Positions 37,715 through 49,585 of a stretch of DNA of 53,181 nucleotides are shown in pieces. Position 1 is the first letter of the stretch. Every line of letters starts with the position of its first letter. The notes beneath the pieces are model-generated. The model saw only the letters and a program-made list of their open reading frames with translations, had not been told where the DNA came from and did not search any database. The position numbers and the translations under genes were made by a program. This stretch comes from Actinomycetales bacterium (GTDB lineage Bacteria > Actinomycetota > Actinomycetes > Actinomycetales > CAVURS01): NCBI GenBank assembly GCA_045807245.1, contig JBJMHS010000067.1:1-53181 (forward strand), given 5' to 3'.

Positions 37715-38506
37715 TCACGCCGTCGAGCAAACGCGCCGCAGGACAGGTCCGAAGCCGGTCGCCGCTCGCTCGGCCGCGGCCACCACCGCGTCGGGGTCGA
37801 TCTGCTCGCCGCTGGCCTCGACGACCGTGACGACCGACAGGGCGAGCACCTCGAGGCCGCTCTCGCGCGCCGCGATGGTCTCCAGCGCGGTGGACATGCC
37901 CACCACGTCCGCGCCGAGCCGCTGCAGAGCCTGCGCCTCGGCGACGGTCTCGTAGTGCGGCCCGCGCAGCATCACGTAGGTGCCCTCCACGAGTGTGGGG
38001 TCGACCGCCCGGGCGATGGTGCGCAGGCGGGGCGCGTACGCCTCGGTCAGGTCGAGGAACCGCGGCCCTTCCAGCGGAGTGGACCCGCTCAGGTTCAGGT
38101 GGTCGGCCAGCAGCACTCCGGTGCCCGTGCCCCAGTCGGCGCGGAACGACCCGTTGGCGTTGGTCAGTGCGACGACCCGCGCGCCCGCGGCGGCGGCCGT
38201 CCGTACGGCGTGCACGACCTGGCCCGGGCCGTGACCTTCGTAGAGGTGGGTCCGCCCGAGGAACGCCACGACGGTGCGCGCCGCGACGTCATAGCGGCGC
38301 ACGAGACCGGCGTGACCCACGGCGACCGGCGCGAGGAAATGCGGCAGGTCCGCGGTCGCGACCTCGGCGACCGGCGTACCGAACGCGTCGGCGGCGCCAG
38401 CCCAGCCGGACCCGAGGACGACGACGGCGTCGACCCGTTCGACGTCCAGGGCGGACCGGAGCGCGACCGCGGCCTCGTCGGCCCGGGCGTACCAGTCCGC
38501 CGTCAT
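37715..38506 (-). CDS. Purine-nucleoside phosphorylase (trimeric family), atypical
   Basis: VVLGSGW, GHAG, GRTHLYEG, LTNANGS, DHLN, GPHYETVAE, VGMST. Confidence 0.85.
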   Translation of the reverse strand: MTADWYARADEAAVALRSALDVERVDAVVVLGSGWAGAADAFGTPVAEVATADLPHFLAPVAVGHAGLVRRYDVAARTVVAFLGRTHLYEGHGPGQVVHAVRTAAAAGARVVALTNANGSFRADWGTGTGVLLADHLNLSGSTPLEGPRFLDLTEAYAPRLRTIARAVDPTLVEGTYVMLRGPHYETVAEAQALQRLGADVVGMSTALETIAARESGLEVLALSVVTVVEASGEQIDPDAVVAAAERAATGFGPVLRRVCSTA

Positions 38507-38525
38507 CGCCGGTCCGCCCGCCGGC

Positions 38526-39014
38526 TCAGGCCGCGGCCTTGTCCCGCACCTGCCGCTTGATCCGGCCCAGCATCGAGACCATGCCGCGCAGCCGTAACGG
38601 GCTCACGGCCTCACCGAGCCCGAACCGGTACGGCGCGTCGTCCGGTACGGAGAGCAGGTCGGCGGCGGACAGCCCGTCCAGGCCGGCGTGCAGGATGCCG
38701 GCGAAGCCGCGCGTCGTCGGTGCGGCCCTCGGGGCGTCGAAGTACAGGTGCACGGTCCCTGCGCCGCCCTCCGAGGCGTCCAGCTCCACCGCCAGGAACA
38801 GGGGCGACTGGCACTCGGGCACCTGCTCCATCAGCTCGCTGTGCCCGAGGTACCGGTCGGGCAGCTCGGGCAGGCCGTCGCTGAACTCCAGCAGGAGCTG
38901 CAGCCGCTCGCCGGCGGTCATCGCGTTGAAGTCCTCGGCGATCTCCTCCAGGGCGGGCGGCAGCGGTGCCTGCGGCGACTGCGCGGGCAGCGGTGCCTGT
39001 GGCGACTGCGTCAC
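38526..39014 (-). CDS. sufE: SufE family sulfur acceptor
   Basis: [34 protein letters not shown] overlap with sseA. Confidence 0.88.
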   Translation of the reverse strand: MTQSPQAPLPAQSPQAPLPPALEEIAEDFNAMTAGERLQLLLEFSDGLPELPDRYLGHSELMEQVPECQSPLFLAVELDASEGGAGTVHLYFDAPRAAPTTRGFAGILHAGLDGLSAADLLSVPDDAPYRFGLGEAVSPLRLRGMVSMLGRIKRQVRDKAAA

Positions 39015-39931
39015 GTGGCGGCGCCGCCCGCCCGCTGCCAGGGCGCCGGCCCGGCCGGTGCGCCGGTCTCGATCGGCACCCGCACGCTGTTGCCCCACTC
39101 GGTCCACGATCCGTCGTAGTTACGCACCTTGCCGAAACCGAGCAGGTGGGTCAGGACGAACCAGGTGTGCGAGGACCGCTCACCGATCCGGCAGTAGGCC
39201 ACGACGTCGTCGTCGGCACCGAGCCCGACCTCGCCGAGGTAGATCGCCTCGAGCTCCGCGCGGGTCTTGAAGGACCCGTCCTCGGCGGCCGCCCGGGCCC
39301 AGGGCACGCTGGCCGCACCCGGGATGTGACCACCCCGCATCGCACCTTCCTGCGGATAGTCCGGCATGGCCAGCAGCTCGCCGGAGAACTCGCCGGGGGA
39401 GCGGACGTCGACCAACGGCCGTCCGATGTGCTGCAGCACGTCCGGCTGGAAGGCCCGGATCCGGGAGTCGTCCCGCTGGACGACGGGGTAGGTGACCGGG
39501 GTCGGTGCCGGTACGTCGCGGGTCAGCTCGCGGCCCTCGGCCGCCCAGAGGTTGCGGCCACCGTCGAGCAGGCGCACGTCCTCGTGACCGAACAGCGAGA
39601 ACACCCAGAGCGCATAGGCGGCCCACCAGTTGTTCTTGTCGCCGTACACCACGACCGTCGTGTCGCGGCCGATACCGCGCGAGCCCATGACCTGGGCGAA
39701 GCGCTCGCCGTCGACGTAGTCGCGCGTCGTCGGGTCGTTCAGGTCGGTGTGCCAGTCGACCTTGAGGGCACCCGGGATGTGACCGGTGTCGTAGAGCAGG
39801 ACGTCCTCGTCCGACTCCAGCACCACAAGCCCCTCGTCCTTGATGTGGTCGGCGAGCCACGAGGTCGTGACCAGTCGCTCCGGATGCGCGTACGCCGCGA
39901 GCTTGGCGTCGTCGTCGGTGGGAATGCTCAT
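39011..39931 (-). CDS. sseA: Thiosulfate sulfurtransferase (tandem rhodanese)
   Basis: [34 protein letters not shown]. Confidence 0.92.
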   Translation of the reverse strand: MSIPTDDDAKLAAYAHPERLVTTSWLADHIKDEGLVVLESDEDVLLYDTGHIPGALKVDWHTDLNDPTTRDYVDGERFAQVMGSRGIGRDTTVVVYGDKNNWWAAYALWVFSLFGHEDVRLLDGGRNLWAAEGRELTRDVPAPTPVTYPVVQRDDSRIRAFQPDVLQHIGRPLVDVRSPGEFSGELLAMPDYPQEGAMRGGHIPGAASVPWARAAAEDGSFKTRAELEAIYLGEVGLGADDDVVAYCRIGERSSHTWFVLTHLLGFGKVRNYDGSWTEWGNSVRVPIETGAPAGPAPWQRAGGAAT

Positions 39932-40007
39932 GCGTGCCTCACTTCGGGGGTGTGCGAGCGACAGCCTCTCCATGATCCCAAACTCCAGCCGGGTCGCCGA
40001 GCGCGGG

Positions 40008-41585
40008 TCATCCGCCTTGGGCCGCCTGCAGCGCCTCGACGGTCTCCACGGTGTCCGCCTCGGACGCTCGTTTGTCGTCGCGGTAGCGGACCACGCGCGC
40101 AAAACGCAGCGCCATCCGCGCCGGATAGCGGCTCGACCCCTGCACCCCGTCGAGGGCGATCTCGACCACCTGCTCGGGCCGGACCCGGACGACCCACCCG
40201 TCGGTCGGCCCCTCGGCCAGCTCCAGGAAGCGTTCGGTCTGCCAGGCCAGCAGTGCGTCGGTCAGGCCCTTGAACGTCTTGCCGAGCATCACGAACCCGC
40301 CGGGCGGCCCGAACCGCCCGTCGGGGTCGAGCGCCCCGAGGTGCAGGTTGGACAGCCGGCCCGTCCTGCGCCCGTGCCCCCACTCGACGGCGAGCACGAC
40401 CAGGTCGAGCGTGTGCACCGGTTTGACCTTGACCCAGCCCACCCCGCGCCGGCCCATCGCGTACGGTGCGTCGTCGGACTTCACGACGACGCCCTCGTGG
40501 CCGGCGGCCACCGCGTCCGCCGCGAACTGCTCGGCCGCCGCGACCTGCCCCGGGTCGGACGGGTCGGCGACGTCCAGCCGGGGCACCAGCAGCTCACCGG
40601 CCACCTGGTCGCGCAGGGCGTTGCGCCGCACCCAGCCCGGCTCGTCGAGGACGTCCTGCCCGGCGAGGTGCAAGGCGTCGAACACGAACAGGGTCAGTTG
40701 CGTCGTCTGCGCGCCGGCCGCCGGGTCCGAGCGCGTGCCGGTGCGCGAGGCGGTGTCCTGGAACCGCCGGGGCCGCCCGTCCGGGTGCAGCGCCAGCACC
40801 TCGCCGTCCACGACGGAGCGATCCGGGATGCCGGCCCGGACCGCGGCGACAACCTCGGGCATCCGGTCGGTCACGTCGTCCAGCGAGCGCGTGAAGATGC
40901 GGACCTCGTCACCGGACCGGTGCAGCTGCACCCGGATGCCGTCGAGCTTCCACTCGACCCCGGCCGGCCCGGTCCGAGCCAGCGCCTCGGCCACGGTCGG
41001 TGCGGAGCCGGCCAGCATGGGCGCCAGAGCGACCCCGACGGTGAGCCCGAAACCGGCGAGGCCGTCGCCCCCGGTGCCCAGGGCGGCGACTGCGACGGCG
41101 CCGAGGTCTCCGGCGAGGGTCTGCGCTCGCCGTACGGCCGGTTCTGGCACCCCGGCGGCGTTCGCGACCGCCGCGAGCATCACGCCCTCCTGCGCACCCT
41201 GCCGCAGCTCACCGCTGACCAACCCGCGCAGCAGCCGCTGCTCAGCCGCGGTGGCGCGACCGGCCAGGTCGGTCAGGAGAGTACGGCGGGCCGCTTGCGA
41301 GCCCGGCCCCGACAGGGCCTCGGCGCGCGCGAACGCCTGGTCGACCTCCACCACGGTCAAGGTCGGCGCCGTCGCCGGAGCCGGCAGGTCACGAACGGCG
41401 GACCAGCCGAGCCCGGTCCGGCGCTGGCGGAGCTCGCCCTGGAGCCAGGACACGACGGTGCGCACCGTCTCGGGACCGTCGGCCTGGGCGGCTCGCAAGG
41501 CCAGGGCCACGTGCTGCACCTTGGCCGTGCGCGAGGACGTACCTGACACGGCGGCACTCGCCTCGGCGACCTCGCTGAACAGCAC
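40008..41585 (-). CDS. ligB: ATP-dependent DNA ligase
   Basis: [10 protein letters not shown] adenylation motif, DGEVL, FVFDAL, EGVVVK, WVKVKP, ALRFAR..RDDK. Confidence 0.9.
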   Translation of the reverse strand: MLFSEVAEASAAVSGTSSRTAKVQHVALALRAAQADGPETVRTVVSWLQGELRQRRTGLGWSAVRDLPAPATAPTLTVVEVDQAFARAEALSGPGSQAARRTLLTDLAGRATAAEQRLLRGLVSGELRQGAQEGVMLAAVANAAGVPEPAVRRAQTLAGDLGAVAVAALGTGGDGLAGFGLTVGVALAPMLAGSAPTVAEALARTGPAGVEWKLDGIRVQLHRSGDEVRIFTRSLDDVTDRMPEVVAAVRAGIPDRSVVDGEVLALHPDGRPRRFQDTASRTGTRSDPAAGAQTTQLTLFVFDALHLAGQDVLDEPGWVRRNALRDQVAGELLVPRLDVADPSDPGQVAAAEQFAADAVAAGHEGVVVKSDDAPYAMGRRGVGWVKVKPVHTLDLVVLAVEWGHGRRTGRLSNLHLGALDPDGRFGPPGGFVMLGKTFKGLTDALLAWQTERFLELAEGPTDGWVVRVRPEQVVEIALDGVQGSSRYPARMALRFARVVRYRDDKRASEADTVETVEALQAAQGG

Positions 41586-41646
41586 GAGGACGATTCTGCG
41601 CCGCGGCTCCGACATCGACGGGGGGCGCTCCGGAACAATGGGCCCC

Positions 41647-42363
41647 ATGGACCTGAACGCCGATGTCGGCGAGAGCTTCGGTCGGTGGGCCCTGGGCGAC
41701 GACGCCCCGATGCTCCAGCTGGTGACCAGCGCCAACGTGGCCTGTGGGTTCCATGCGGGCGACCCGACCGGGATCATGACGACGTGCCGGCTCGCGATGC
41801 AGAGCAACGTGGTCGTCGGTGCGCAGGTCGGGTACCGCGACCTGGCCGGGTTCGGGCGCCGGTTCATCGACGTCTCAGGCCCCGACCTCAAGGCCGACGT
41901 GATCTACCAGGTCGGCGCTCTGCAGGGGCTGGCCCGAGCAGTCGGTACGACGGTCAGGTACGTCAAGCCGCACGGCGCCCTCTACCACGCGGTCGCCCGC
42001 CACGAGGAGCAGGCGCGGGCGGTCATCGCGGCGGTCCTGACCAACGACGACGAGCTGGCCGTGGTCGGCCCGCCCGGCTCGATGTTCCTGTCGCTGGCGT
42101 CGGGGGCCGGTCTGCGCACGGTGCGCGAGGGCTTCGCGGACCGCGGCTACGGCGCGGACGGTCAGCTGCTGGCGCGCGGCACTCCGGGCGCCGTGATCAC
42201 CGATGCCGGGGCGGTGGCGACGCAGGCCACGCGGCTGGCCCAGAGTGGCGAGTACGACACCTTGTGCCTGCATTCGGACACGCCGGGCGCGGTGACGCTG
42301 GCCCAGGCGGCCCGGCGCGCGCTGGCGGCGGCGCGCATCCAGATCGCGCCGTTCCTCCGGTGA
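41647..42363 (+). CDS. pxpA: 5-oxoprolinase subunit A (LamB/YcsF)
   Basis: DLNADVGESFG, ANVACGFHAGDP, YVKPHGALY, CLHSDTPGA. Confidence 0.92.
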   Translation: MDLNADVGESFGRWALGDDAPMLQLVTSANVACGFHAGDPTGIMTTCRLAMQSNVVVGAQVGYRDLAGFGRRFIDVSGPDLKADVIYQVGALQGLARAVGTTVRYVKPHGALYHAVARHEEQARAVIAAVLTNDDELAVVGPPGSMFLSLASGAGLRTVREGFADRGYGADGQLLARGTPGAVITDAGAVATQATRLAQSGEYDTLCLHSDTPGAVTLAQAARRALAAARIQIAPFLR

Positions 42364-42373
42364 GCCTGAGGCC

Positions 42374-43021
42374 GTGAGTGCTCCGGCGCTGAAGCGGTAC
42401 GGCGAGCGCGCCCTGCTGGTCGAGCTCGACCTGGCCGACCGCTCGGCCGAGACGGCTGCGCGCGAGGTGGCCGGGTGGGCAGCGGCGATCCGCGACGCCG
42501 ACCGGCCCGATGTGGTGGACGTGGTGCCCGCGGCTCGGTCGGTCCTCGTGCACTGCACGAGCGAAGCTGCCGTGTTCGAGCTGCGCCGAACCATTGCTGG
42601 ACTGCAACCATTGCCAGCGGACACTGGTTCGGCGGGGCAGCTGGTCGAGATCCCGGTGACGTACGACGGCCCCGACCTGCGTGAGGTGGCCGAGCTGAGC
42701 GGGCTGAGCCTGGGTGATGTCGTACGAGCACACGTCGACTCCGAGTGGTGGGTCGCGTTCGCAGGCTTCGCCCCGGGTTTCGCCTACCTCGTCGGAGGTG
42801 ACCCGCGCCTCGCGGTCCCGCGACGGGCCAGCCCGCGGACCCGCGTGCCACTGGGCGCGGTCGCGCTCGCGGCCGGCTACACGGCCGTCTACCCGCAGGC
42901 GTCGCCGGGCGGGTGGCAGCTCATCGGCCGCACCGACCGGGCGTTGTGGAACCTGGCGGACGACCCGCCCGCCTTGCTGGTGCCCGGGACGCGCGTGACA
43001 TTCGTCCGAGCGGACCGATGA
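42374..43021 (+). CDS. pxpB: 5-oxoprolinase subunit B
   Basis: YDGPDL, GFAPGFAYL, YPQASPGGWQLIGRT. Confidence 0.9.
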   Translation: MSAPALKRYGERALLVELDLADRSAETAAREVAGWAAAIRDADRPDVVDVVPAARSVLVHCTSEAAVFELRRTIAGLQPLPADTGSAGQLVEIPVTYDGPDLREVAELSGLSLGDVVRAHVDSEWWVAFAGFAPGFAYLVGGDPRLAVPRRASPRTRVPLGAVALAAGYTAVYPQASPGGWQLIGRTDRALWNLADDPPALLVPGTRVTFVRADR

Positions 43022-43887
43022 GCGGCCGCACCATCACCGTCGTCGATCCTGGGCCGTTCACAACGGTGCAGGACGAGGGCCGACCCGGCCTGGCGGCCTG
43101 GGGCGTCGGGCGCTCGGGTGCGGCCGACCGGGCGGCGGCAGCCCTGGCCAACCGGCTCGTCGCCAACCGAGCCCGCGCGGCCGTGCTGGAGCTGACCATG
43201 GGTGGGCTCGCCGTACAGGCCGACGCGCCCCTCACCATCGCCGTTACCGGGGCCGTGGCGTCGGTGTGGCTGGACGGCGTACCGGTCGCGTTCGCCGCTC
43301 CGGTACCTGTCCGGGGTGGTGCCGAGATCAGGGTCGGTGCGCCGGAGTCCGGGCTGCGCAGCTACCTGGCCGTCCGCGGCGGCATCGCGGTCGAGCGGGT
43401 GCTCGGCTCCCGCTCCTACGACGTGCTGGCGCGGCTCGGACCGCCGCCGCTGCAGATGGGCGACGTGCTGCCCATCGGCCCCGAGCCCAAGGCCATGCCG
43501 CTCGTGGACCTGGCCGTGCCGGTGTCGGCCCCGGCCGGTCCGACGGTGCTGCACGGCTGGGCCGGGCCACACCTGGACGCGCTCGAGCCGGGTGGCGTGA
43601 CGGCACTGAGCGGTCAGGAGTGGTCGGTGAGCTGGGACAGCGACCGCAGCGGGCTGCGGCTGATGGGTGACCCGCTCGCCCTGGCGTCGGACCGGCAGTG
43701 GCCACCGGAGGGTCTGGTGCGAGGTGCCGTGCAGGTGCCTCCGTCGGGGCGCCCGGTCTTGATGCTGGCCGACCATCCGGTCACCGGGGGCTATCCGTCC
43801 GTCGGCGCGCTCGACGACGCGTCCTGCGATCTGGCGGCTCAGCTGCGGCCCGGCGACCGGTTGCGGCTGCGGCTGCGGGTGTCCTAG
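43018..43887 (+). CDS. pxpC: 5-oxoprolinase subunit C
   Basis: TTVQDEGRPG, ANRLVAN, GLRSYLAVRGG, SDRSGLRL, DHPVTGGYP. Confidence 0.9.
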   Translation: MSGRTITVVDPGPFTTVQDEGRPGLAAWGVGRSGAADRAAAALANRLVANRARAAVLELTMGGLAVQADAPLTIAVTGAVASVWLDGVPVAFAAPVPVRGGAEIRVGAPESGLRSYLAVRGGIAVERVLGSRSYDVLARLGPPPLQMGDVLPIGPEPKAMPLVDLAVPVSAPAGPTVLHGWAGPHLDALEPGGVTALSGQEWSVSWDSDRSGLRLMGDPLALASDRQWPPEGLVRGAVQVPPSGRPVLMLADHPVTGGYPSVGALDDASCDLAAQLRPGDRLRLRLRVS

Positions 43888-43921
43888 GTGATGATCATGG
43901 TCATGGCCACGGGAGCGACGC

Positions 43922-44590
43922 GTGAGTGAACCGCCGGCGGCGACCGACGACGGGGGTCTGACCGGCGCCGCGACTCGCATCGTCGAGCGGTTGCTGGACG
44001 TCGGTATCGACGGCCGTGGTCCGGTCGACTCGGCGCAGAGCCTCGCCGACAAGGCCCGGGCCACACACGCCGGTGTGGAGGGCGCGATCGACAGCGTCGT
44101 GCGCCAGCACGTGAAGCTCGCAGCCGCCGGCGGTTTCGTCACCGGAGTCGGTGGTCTGGTCACCCTGCCGGTCGCCCTGCCCGTGAACGTCGCTGAGTTC
44201 TATCTGGTCGCGACCCGGATGGTGGCCGGCATCGCCTGCCTTCGGGGGTACGACCTGCGTCAGCCCGAGGTGCGCTCGGCGATCCTGTTGGCCCTGGTCG
44301 GGGCGGACGCCGACGACCTGCTCAAGCGGGCCGGACTGACCAACTCGGGGCGGCTGGCCGGTCTCGCCGCCGAGCGGCTGCCCGGTCCGGCCTTGATGAT
44401 GGTGAACAAAGGTGTCGGCTTCCGGCTGCTGAGCCAGATCGGGCGCAAGAGCCTGCCGCGCTTCGGCAAAGCGGTACCGCTGGTGGGTGGCGCCGTCGGC
44501 GCCAGCATCGACGTGCTGTTGCTGCGCCGGATCGCGGACCATGCACGGCACGAGTTCCCGCCGCAGATGGCGCTGACCACGTTGCCGTGA
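43922..44590 (+). CDS. EcsC family protein
   Basis: GFVTGVGGLVTLPVALP, RMVAGIACLRGYDL, KAVPLVGGAVGA. Confidence 0.75.
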   Translation: MSEPPAATDDGGLTGAATRIVERLLDVGIDGRGPVDSAQSLADKARATHAGVEGAIDSVVRQHVKLAAAGGFVTGVGGLVTLPVALPVNVAEFYLVATRMVAGIACLRGYDLRQPEVRSAILLALVGADADDLLKRAGLTNSGRLAGLAAERLPGPALMMVNKGVGFRLLSQIGRKSLPRFGKAVPLVGGAVGASIDVLLLRRIADHARHEFPPQMALTTLP

Positions 44591-44591
44591 T

Positions 44592-44963
44592 GTGCTCTTC
44601 GGCATGAAGGCCGTGCGGTTCGCCGCTCTCGGTGCGGTGTGGCGGGCCCTGCGCGCGGGCAGCCGGCCGGGAACCCCCGGGGTCGGTGCCCGGCTGCGGG
44701 CGCTGCCGCGGCTGGTGAAGTCGACGCTGCTCGGCCACTACCGGGGTACGACGAGGGGCCGGCTCTTCGCAATGGCGCTCGCCCTCGCGTACGTCGTCTC
44801 GCCGGTCGACCTGGTCCCGGAGCTGTTCGTGCCGTTGCTGGGCCTGGTCGACGACGCCTTCGTCGCGGCCTGGCTGGCCGGAACCGTGCTCTTGGAGACC
44901 GAGCGTTACCTGGAGTGGGAGGACTCCCGGCACCCGGTCGTGCCCGGTCACGTCGTGCCCTGA
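44592..44963 (+). CDS. YkvA/DUF1232 family membrane protein
   Basis: LAYVVSPVDLVPE..LGLVDD signature; alternative start 44604. Confidence 0.85.
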   Translation: MLFGMKAVRFAALGAVWRALRAGSRPGTPGVGARLRALPRLVKSTLLGHYRGTTRGRLFAMALALAYVVSPVDLVPELFVPLLGLVDDAFVAAWLAGTVLLETERYLEWEDSRHPVVPGHVVP

Positions 44964-45084
44964 GGCGCGTGGCGCAGCGCGTCTCCGCTCCCGGTGTCCA
45001 CAGGCCGGTCCGCGTCGTCACGCGGTCCACAGGCCGGCGGACACAGCGACCGGTCCGTCGCCACCGCCGAGCAAGGTGCGGCCC

Positions 45085-46203
45085 ATGTCAGAGCCGCAGC
45101 GCCAGGTCATGCAGGCCGGTTCCATGCGTGACGTCGTCGCGCTCGTGCCGTTCGAGTGCGGGTTCCACCCACGACACAGCGTCGTGGTGCTCAGCCTGCG
45201 GGGACCGCGCCGGCGGATCGGGCAGGTCACGCGGCTGGACCTGCCGGCAGCCGGCGACCCGGGCGGCCTGGCCGACCTGCTGCGGCACGTCGCCACGTTC
45301 GTCGCCGGCGACCGAGGTCAGGGGAGCGTCGTGATCGTGTACGACGACCAGGCCTGGGACGCGCAGCGTCCGCCCCACCTCGGCCTGGTCACCACGCTGC
45401 TCGCCGAGCTCGAGCGCGCGGGCGTTCCGGCGCACGACGCGATGTACGTCTCGCCGGCTCGCTACTGGTCATACCTCTGTCGGCGGACGGGCTGCTGTCC
45501 TTCGGAGGGTGGGTCGGTCGCTGAGGCCATGAGCAGCCCGATGGCGGCGGCGCTCGTCCTGGCCGGGCTGGCTCCGCTGCCGAGCCGGGAGGACCTTGCG
45601 GCGCGGGTGCATCCCTCGCGTCCGCCGTTGGTCGCGGCGGTCGAGGAGTGCGCCTGGCGCTGCCTGGCGGCGTTCGCGGCGGAGGGCGGCGCGGCGGCGG
45701 TCGACGCCTTCGGGCTGGTCGACCAGCTCCTCCCGGCCTACCGGACCGGGGCAGCCTTGATGACGGTGGACCAGGCCGGCACCTTGGTCGCCAGCCTGCA
45801 GGACGTCGCCGTGCGCGACGAGCTGCTCCTGCGGTACTGCCGGGTCGGCCTGCCCGGCCTGCGCGGCCTGCCCGGCCTGCCCGGCCTGCCCGGCCCGCCC
45901 GGGTTGGTGGAACAGCTGCCCGAGATGCAGCCGCCGGACTTGGCCCTGGAGGAGGCGATGGAGCGTCTCCTCGTGGACCTGTCCACGCAGGTGGAGGGTC
46001 CGCTGGCCGCGGCGCCGCTGTCGCTGCTCGCGTGGCACAGCTGGGCCCGGGGCGAGGGCGCCCTGGCCCGGATCGCGGTCGACCGCGCGCTGGCCGAGGA
46101 CCCGACGTACCGGCTCGCCGTGCTCATCGCGGCGGTGCTGGACCACGGCATCGCGCCGGAGTGGGTCGGCGCGGCGCGTCGGGCCGACGAGGAGGCCTCG
46201 TGA
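45085..46203 (+). CDS. DUF4192 family protein
   Basis: VPFECGFHPRHSVV, YWSYLC..CCPSEG, WARGEGALARIAVDRAL..DPTYRLA. Confidence 0.82.
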   Translation: MSEPQRQVMQAGSMRDVVALVPFECGFHPRHSVVVLSLRGPRRRIGQVTRLDLPAAGDPGGLADLLRHVATFVAGDRGQGSVVIVYDDQAWDAQRPPHLGLVTTLLAELERAGVPAHDAMYVSPARYWSYLCRRTGCCPSEGGSVAEAMSSPMAAALVLAGLAPLPSREDLAARVHPSRPPLVAAVEECAWRCLAAFAAEGGAAAVDAFGLVDQLLPAYRTGAALMTVDQAGTLVASLQDVAVRDELLLRYCRVGLPGLRGLPGLPGLPGPPGLVEQLPEMQPPDLALEEAMERLLVDLSTQVEGPLAAAPLSLLAWHSWARGEGALARIAVDRALAEDPTYRLAVLIAAVLDHGIAPEWVGAARRADEEAS

Positions 46204-46273
46204 CGCTTCCGCGGTCTCGCATTCTGGGATGCCTGCGTTCAGACGCTGAAACGTCGGGCTATGCTCACCGGTA

Positions 46274-46390
46274 GGTCATGAGTGCCAGCGTCAAGCCCCG
46301 GCTTGCTGGCCGGCAACCCTCCTCCGCGGTGGGGTGCCCCGGGTGATGACAAGGCATGTCGCCACCCCGGCGGCAGGCAAGCGCGGGCCC
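46274..46390 (+). ncRNA. SAM-IV riboswitch
   Basis: GGTCATGAGTGCCAGCGTCAAGCCCCGGCTTGCTGGCCGGCAACCCTCC...GGGGTGCCCCGGGTGATGAC matches the actinobacterial SAM-IV pattern and lies upstream of metY-metX. 3' end approximate. Confidence 0.9.
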
Positions 46391-46424
46391 CTCCCTCCAG
46401 GGCCCTGACCCGAGGAGACATCTC

Positions 46425-47740
<1,316 letters not shown>

Positions 47741-47741
<1 letters not shown>

Positions 47742-48889
47742 TGTCAGACGTCGATCGCGCAGTGACGACGGGAGCCTGGCGACCGGGGGATGACCCCGGT
47801 CGCCGGCTCTTCGCCGCGGTCGGCCCGCTCGACCTCGAGCGGGGCGGCCGGCTGCCGACGGTCGACGTGGCCTACGAGACCTGGGGCACGCTCAATGCGG
47901 CCGGGGACAACGCGGTGCTCGTCGAGCATGCGCTGACCGGCGACAGTCACGTGAGCGGACCGGCCGGAGCGGGTCATCCGACACCCGGGTGGTGGGACGG
48001 CTTGGTCGGTCCGGGCCGCCCGCTCGACACCGATCGCTGGTTCGTCGTGGCCTCGAACGTCCTGGGCGGGTGCCAGGGCACCACGGGCCCCTCCTCGCCG
48101 GCGGTGGACGGGCGGCCGTGGGGCTCGCGGTTTCCCTTCGTCACCGTGCGGGACCAGGTCGAGGTCGAGCGCCGCCTGGCCGACGAGCTGGGCATCGACT
48201 GCTGGGCGGCCGTGCTCGGCGGTTCGATGGGCGGGATGCGGGTGCTCGAGTGGGCGGTGACTCACCCGCACCGGGTGGCGACGTCGATCGTGCTGGCGTC
48301 GACGCCGTACGCGACGGCTGAGCAGATCGCCTGGTGCGCCCCCCAGCTGGCGGCCATCCGGTCCGACCCGAACTTCCACGGCGGCGACTACTACGGGCTC
48401 GATGAAGGCCCCGTCGTGGGGCTCGGCATCGCCCGGAGCATCGCGCACATCACGTACCGCAGCGAGCTCGAGCTGGCCGAGCGGTTCGGCCGGGAGCCGC
48501 AGGGGCAGGAGCAGCCGCTCGGCGGTGGCGGCCGATACGCCGTCGAGAGCTACCTTGACCATCACAAGGACAAGCTGGCCCGGCGGTTCGACGCCAACTC
48601 CTACCTGGTGCTGACCGAGGCGATGAACTCACACGACGTCGGTCGCGGTCGGGGCGGCGCGGCCCAGGCGCTGCAACGCATCACCGGACGGCTCGTGGTG
48701 GCGGCCGTCGACAGTGACCGCCTCTATCCGCCGCGACTCTCGCACGAGATCGTCGCCGCCGTACCGTCCGCCGCGCCCGTGCACACCATCAGCTCGCCGT
48801 ACGGACATGACGGCTTTCTCATCGAGATCGGCGAGATCGGCACGCTGGTCCGGGACGTGCTCGCGCTGGGGCGCGTCCGCTGCGGTTGA
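47741..48889 (+). CDS. metX: Homoserine O-acetyltransferase
   Basis: HALTGDSH, NVLGGCQGTTGP, GGSMGG, DSDRLYP, GHDGFL; TGATG overlap with metY. Confidence 0.93.
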
Positions 48890-48914
48890 GCGCGGACGGC
48901 GCCGGTGGCCGGGC

Positions 48915-49478
48915 TCAGCCGCCGGTCACCAGGTGGCGCAGCCCCGGCCAGGCCTGCTCGAAGAGCGGATGGAGCGGGTACGCCGCGACCTCGGCCACGG
49001 GGACCCAGGCCAGGGCCTCGGTTTCCAGGTCCGACGGCTCCAGGTGCGCGCGCGTCACCGTACCCGCGAGCACGTACGTGTAGGACCACGGCCCGTGGTC
49101 GACGACCACGAGCTCACCGGTCGTGACCTGGCCCGGGTCGAGCCCCGCCTCCTCATGCGCCTCCCGCAGCGCTGCCTGCTCCGGCGACTCGTCATGACCG
49201 CGCGCGCCGCCCGGGAGAGCCCAGGTGCCGCCTTCGTGGGTCCAGGCCGCCCGGTGCTGCAGCAGGACATCCGGTCCGCCGCCGGGACTCGCCGGCTCCT
49301 GGTCGATCCCGTCGCCCGCGGCGTCCGGGCGCCAGACGAGCAGGAGCCCGGCCGCGCCGTACCGCCCCCAGTGGCGCTGTCCGCAGGCGCAGTCGACCCA
49401 CGCGTTGGCGTTGGGCGCGCCCGAACCAGCTTCCGGCGGACCGGGGTCGACCGGCCGGCGGGTCTCGTGCGGGGTCAC
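48915..49478 (-). CDS. NUDIX hydrolase
   Basis: Nudix box PGGARGHDESPEQAALREAHEEAGL. Confidence 0.88.
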   Translation of the reverse strand: MTPHETRRPVDPGPPEAGSGAPNANAWVDCACGQRHWGRYGAAGLLLVWRPDAAGDGIDQEPASPGGGPDVLLQHRAAWTHEGGTWALPGGARGHDESPEQAALREAHEEAGLDPGQVTTGELVVVDHGPWSYTYVLAGTVTRAHLEPSDLETEALAWVPVAEVAAYPLHPLFEQAWPGLRHLVTGG

Positions 49479-49585
49479 GGCACGAATCTAGGCGGTGGCA
49501 GCAGCCGTGCGATCGGGTACCGTCACGCAGAGCCGGGCCAAGTCGAACGTGCCACGACGAGGTGGTGGCCCCTGAAGGAGGATCG

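Noticed and set aside
38526..39931. sseA-sufE pairing as a novel sulfur relay
   Set aside because: Well-known conserved pair in Actinobacteria.
40270..42363. Apparent 697-aa PxpA fusion
   Set aside because: The upstream part is antisense to ligB; the family-typical start is 41647.
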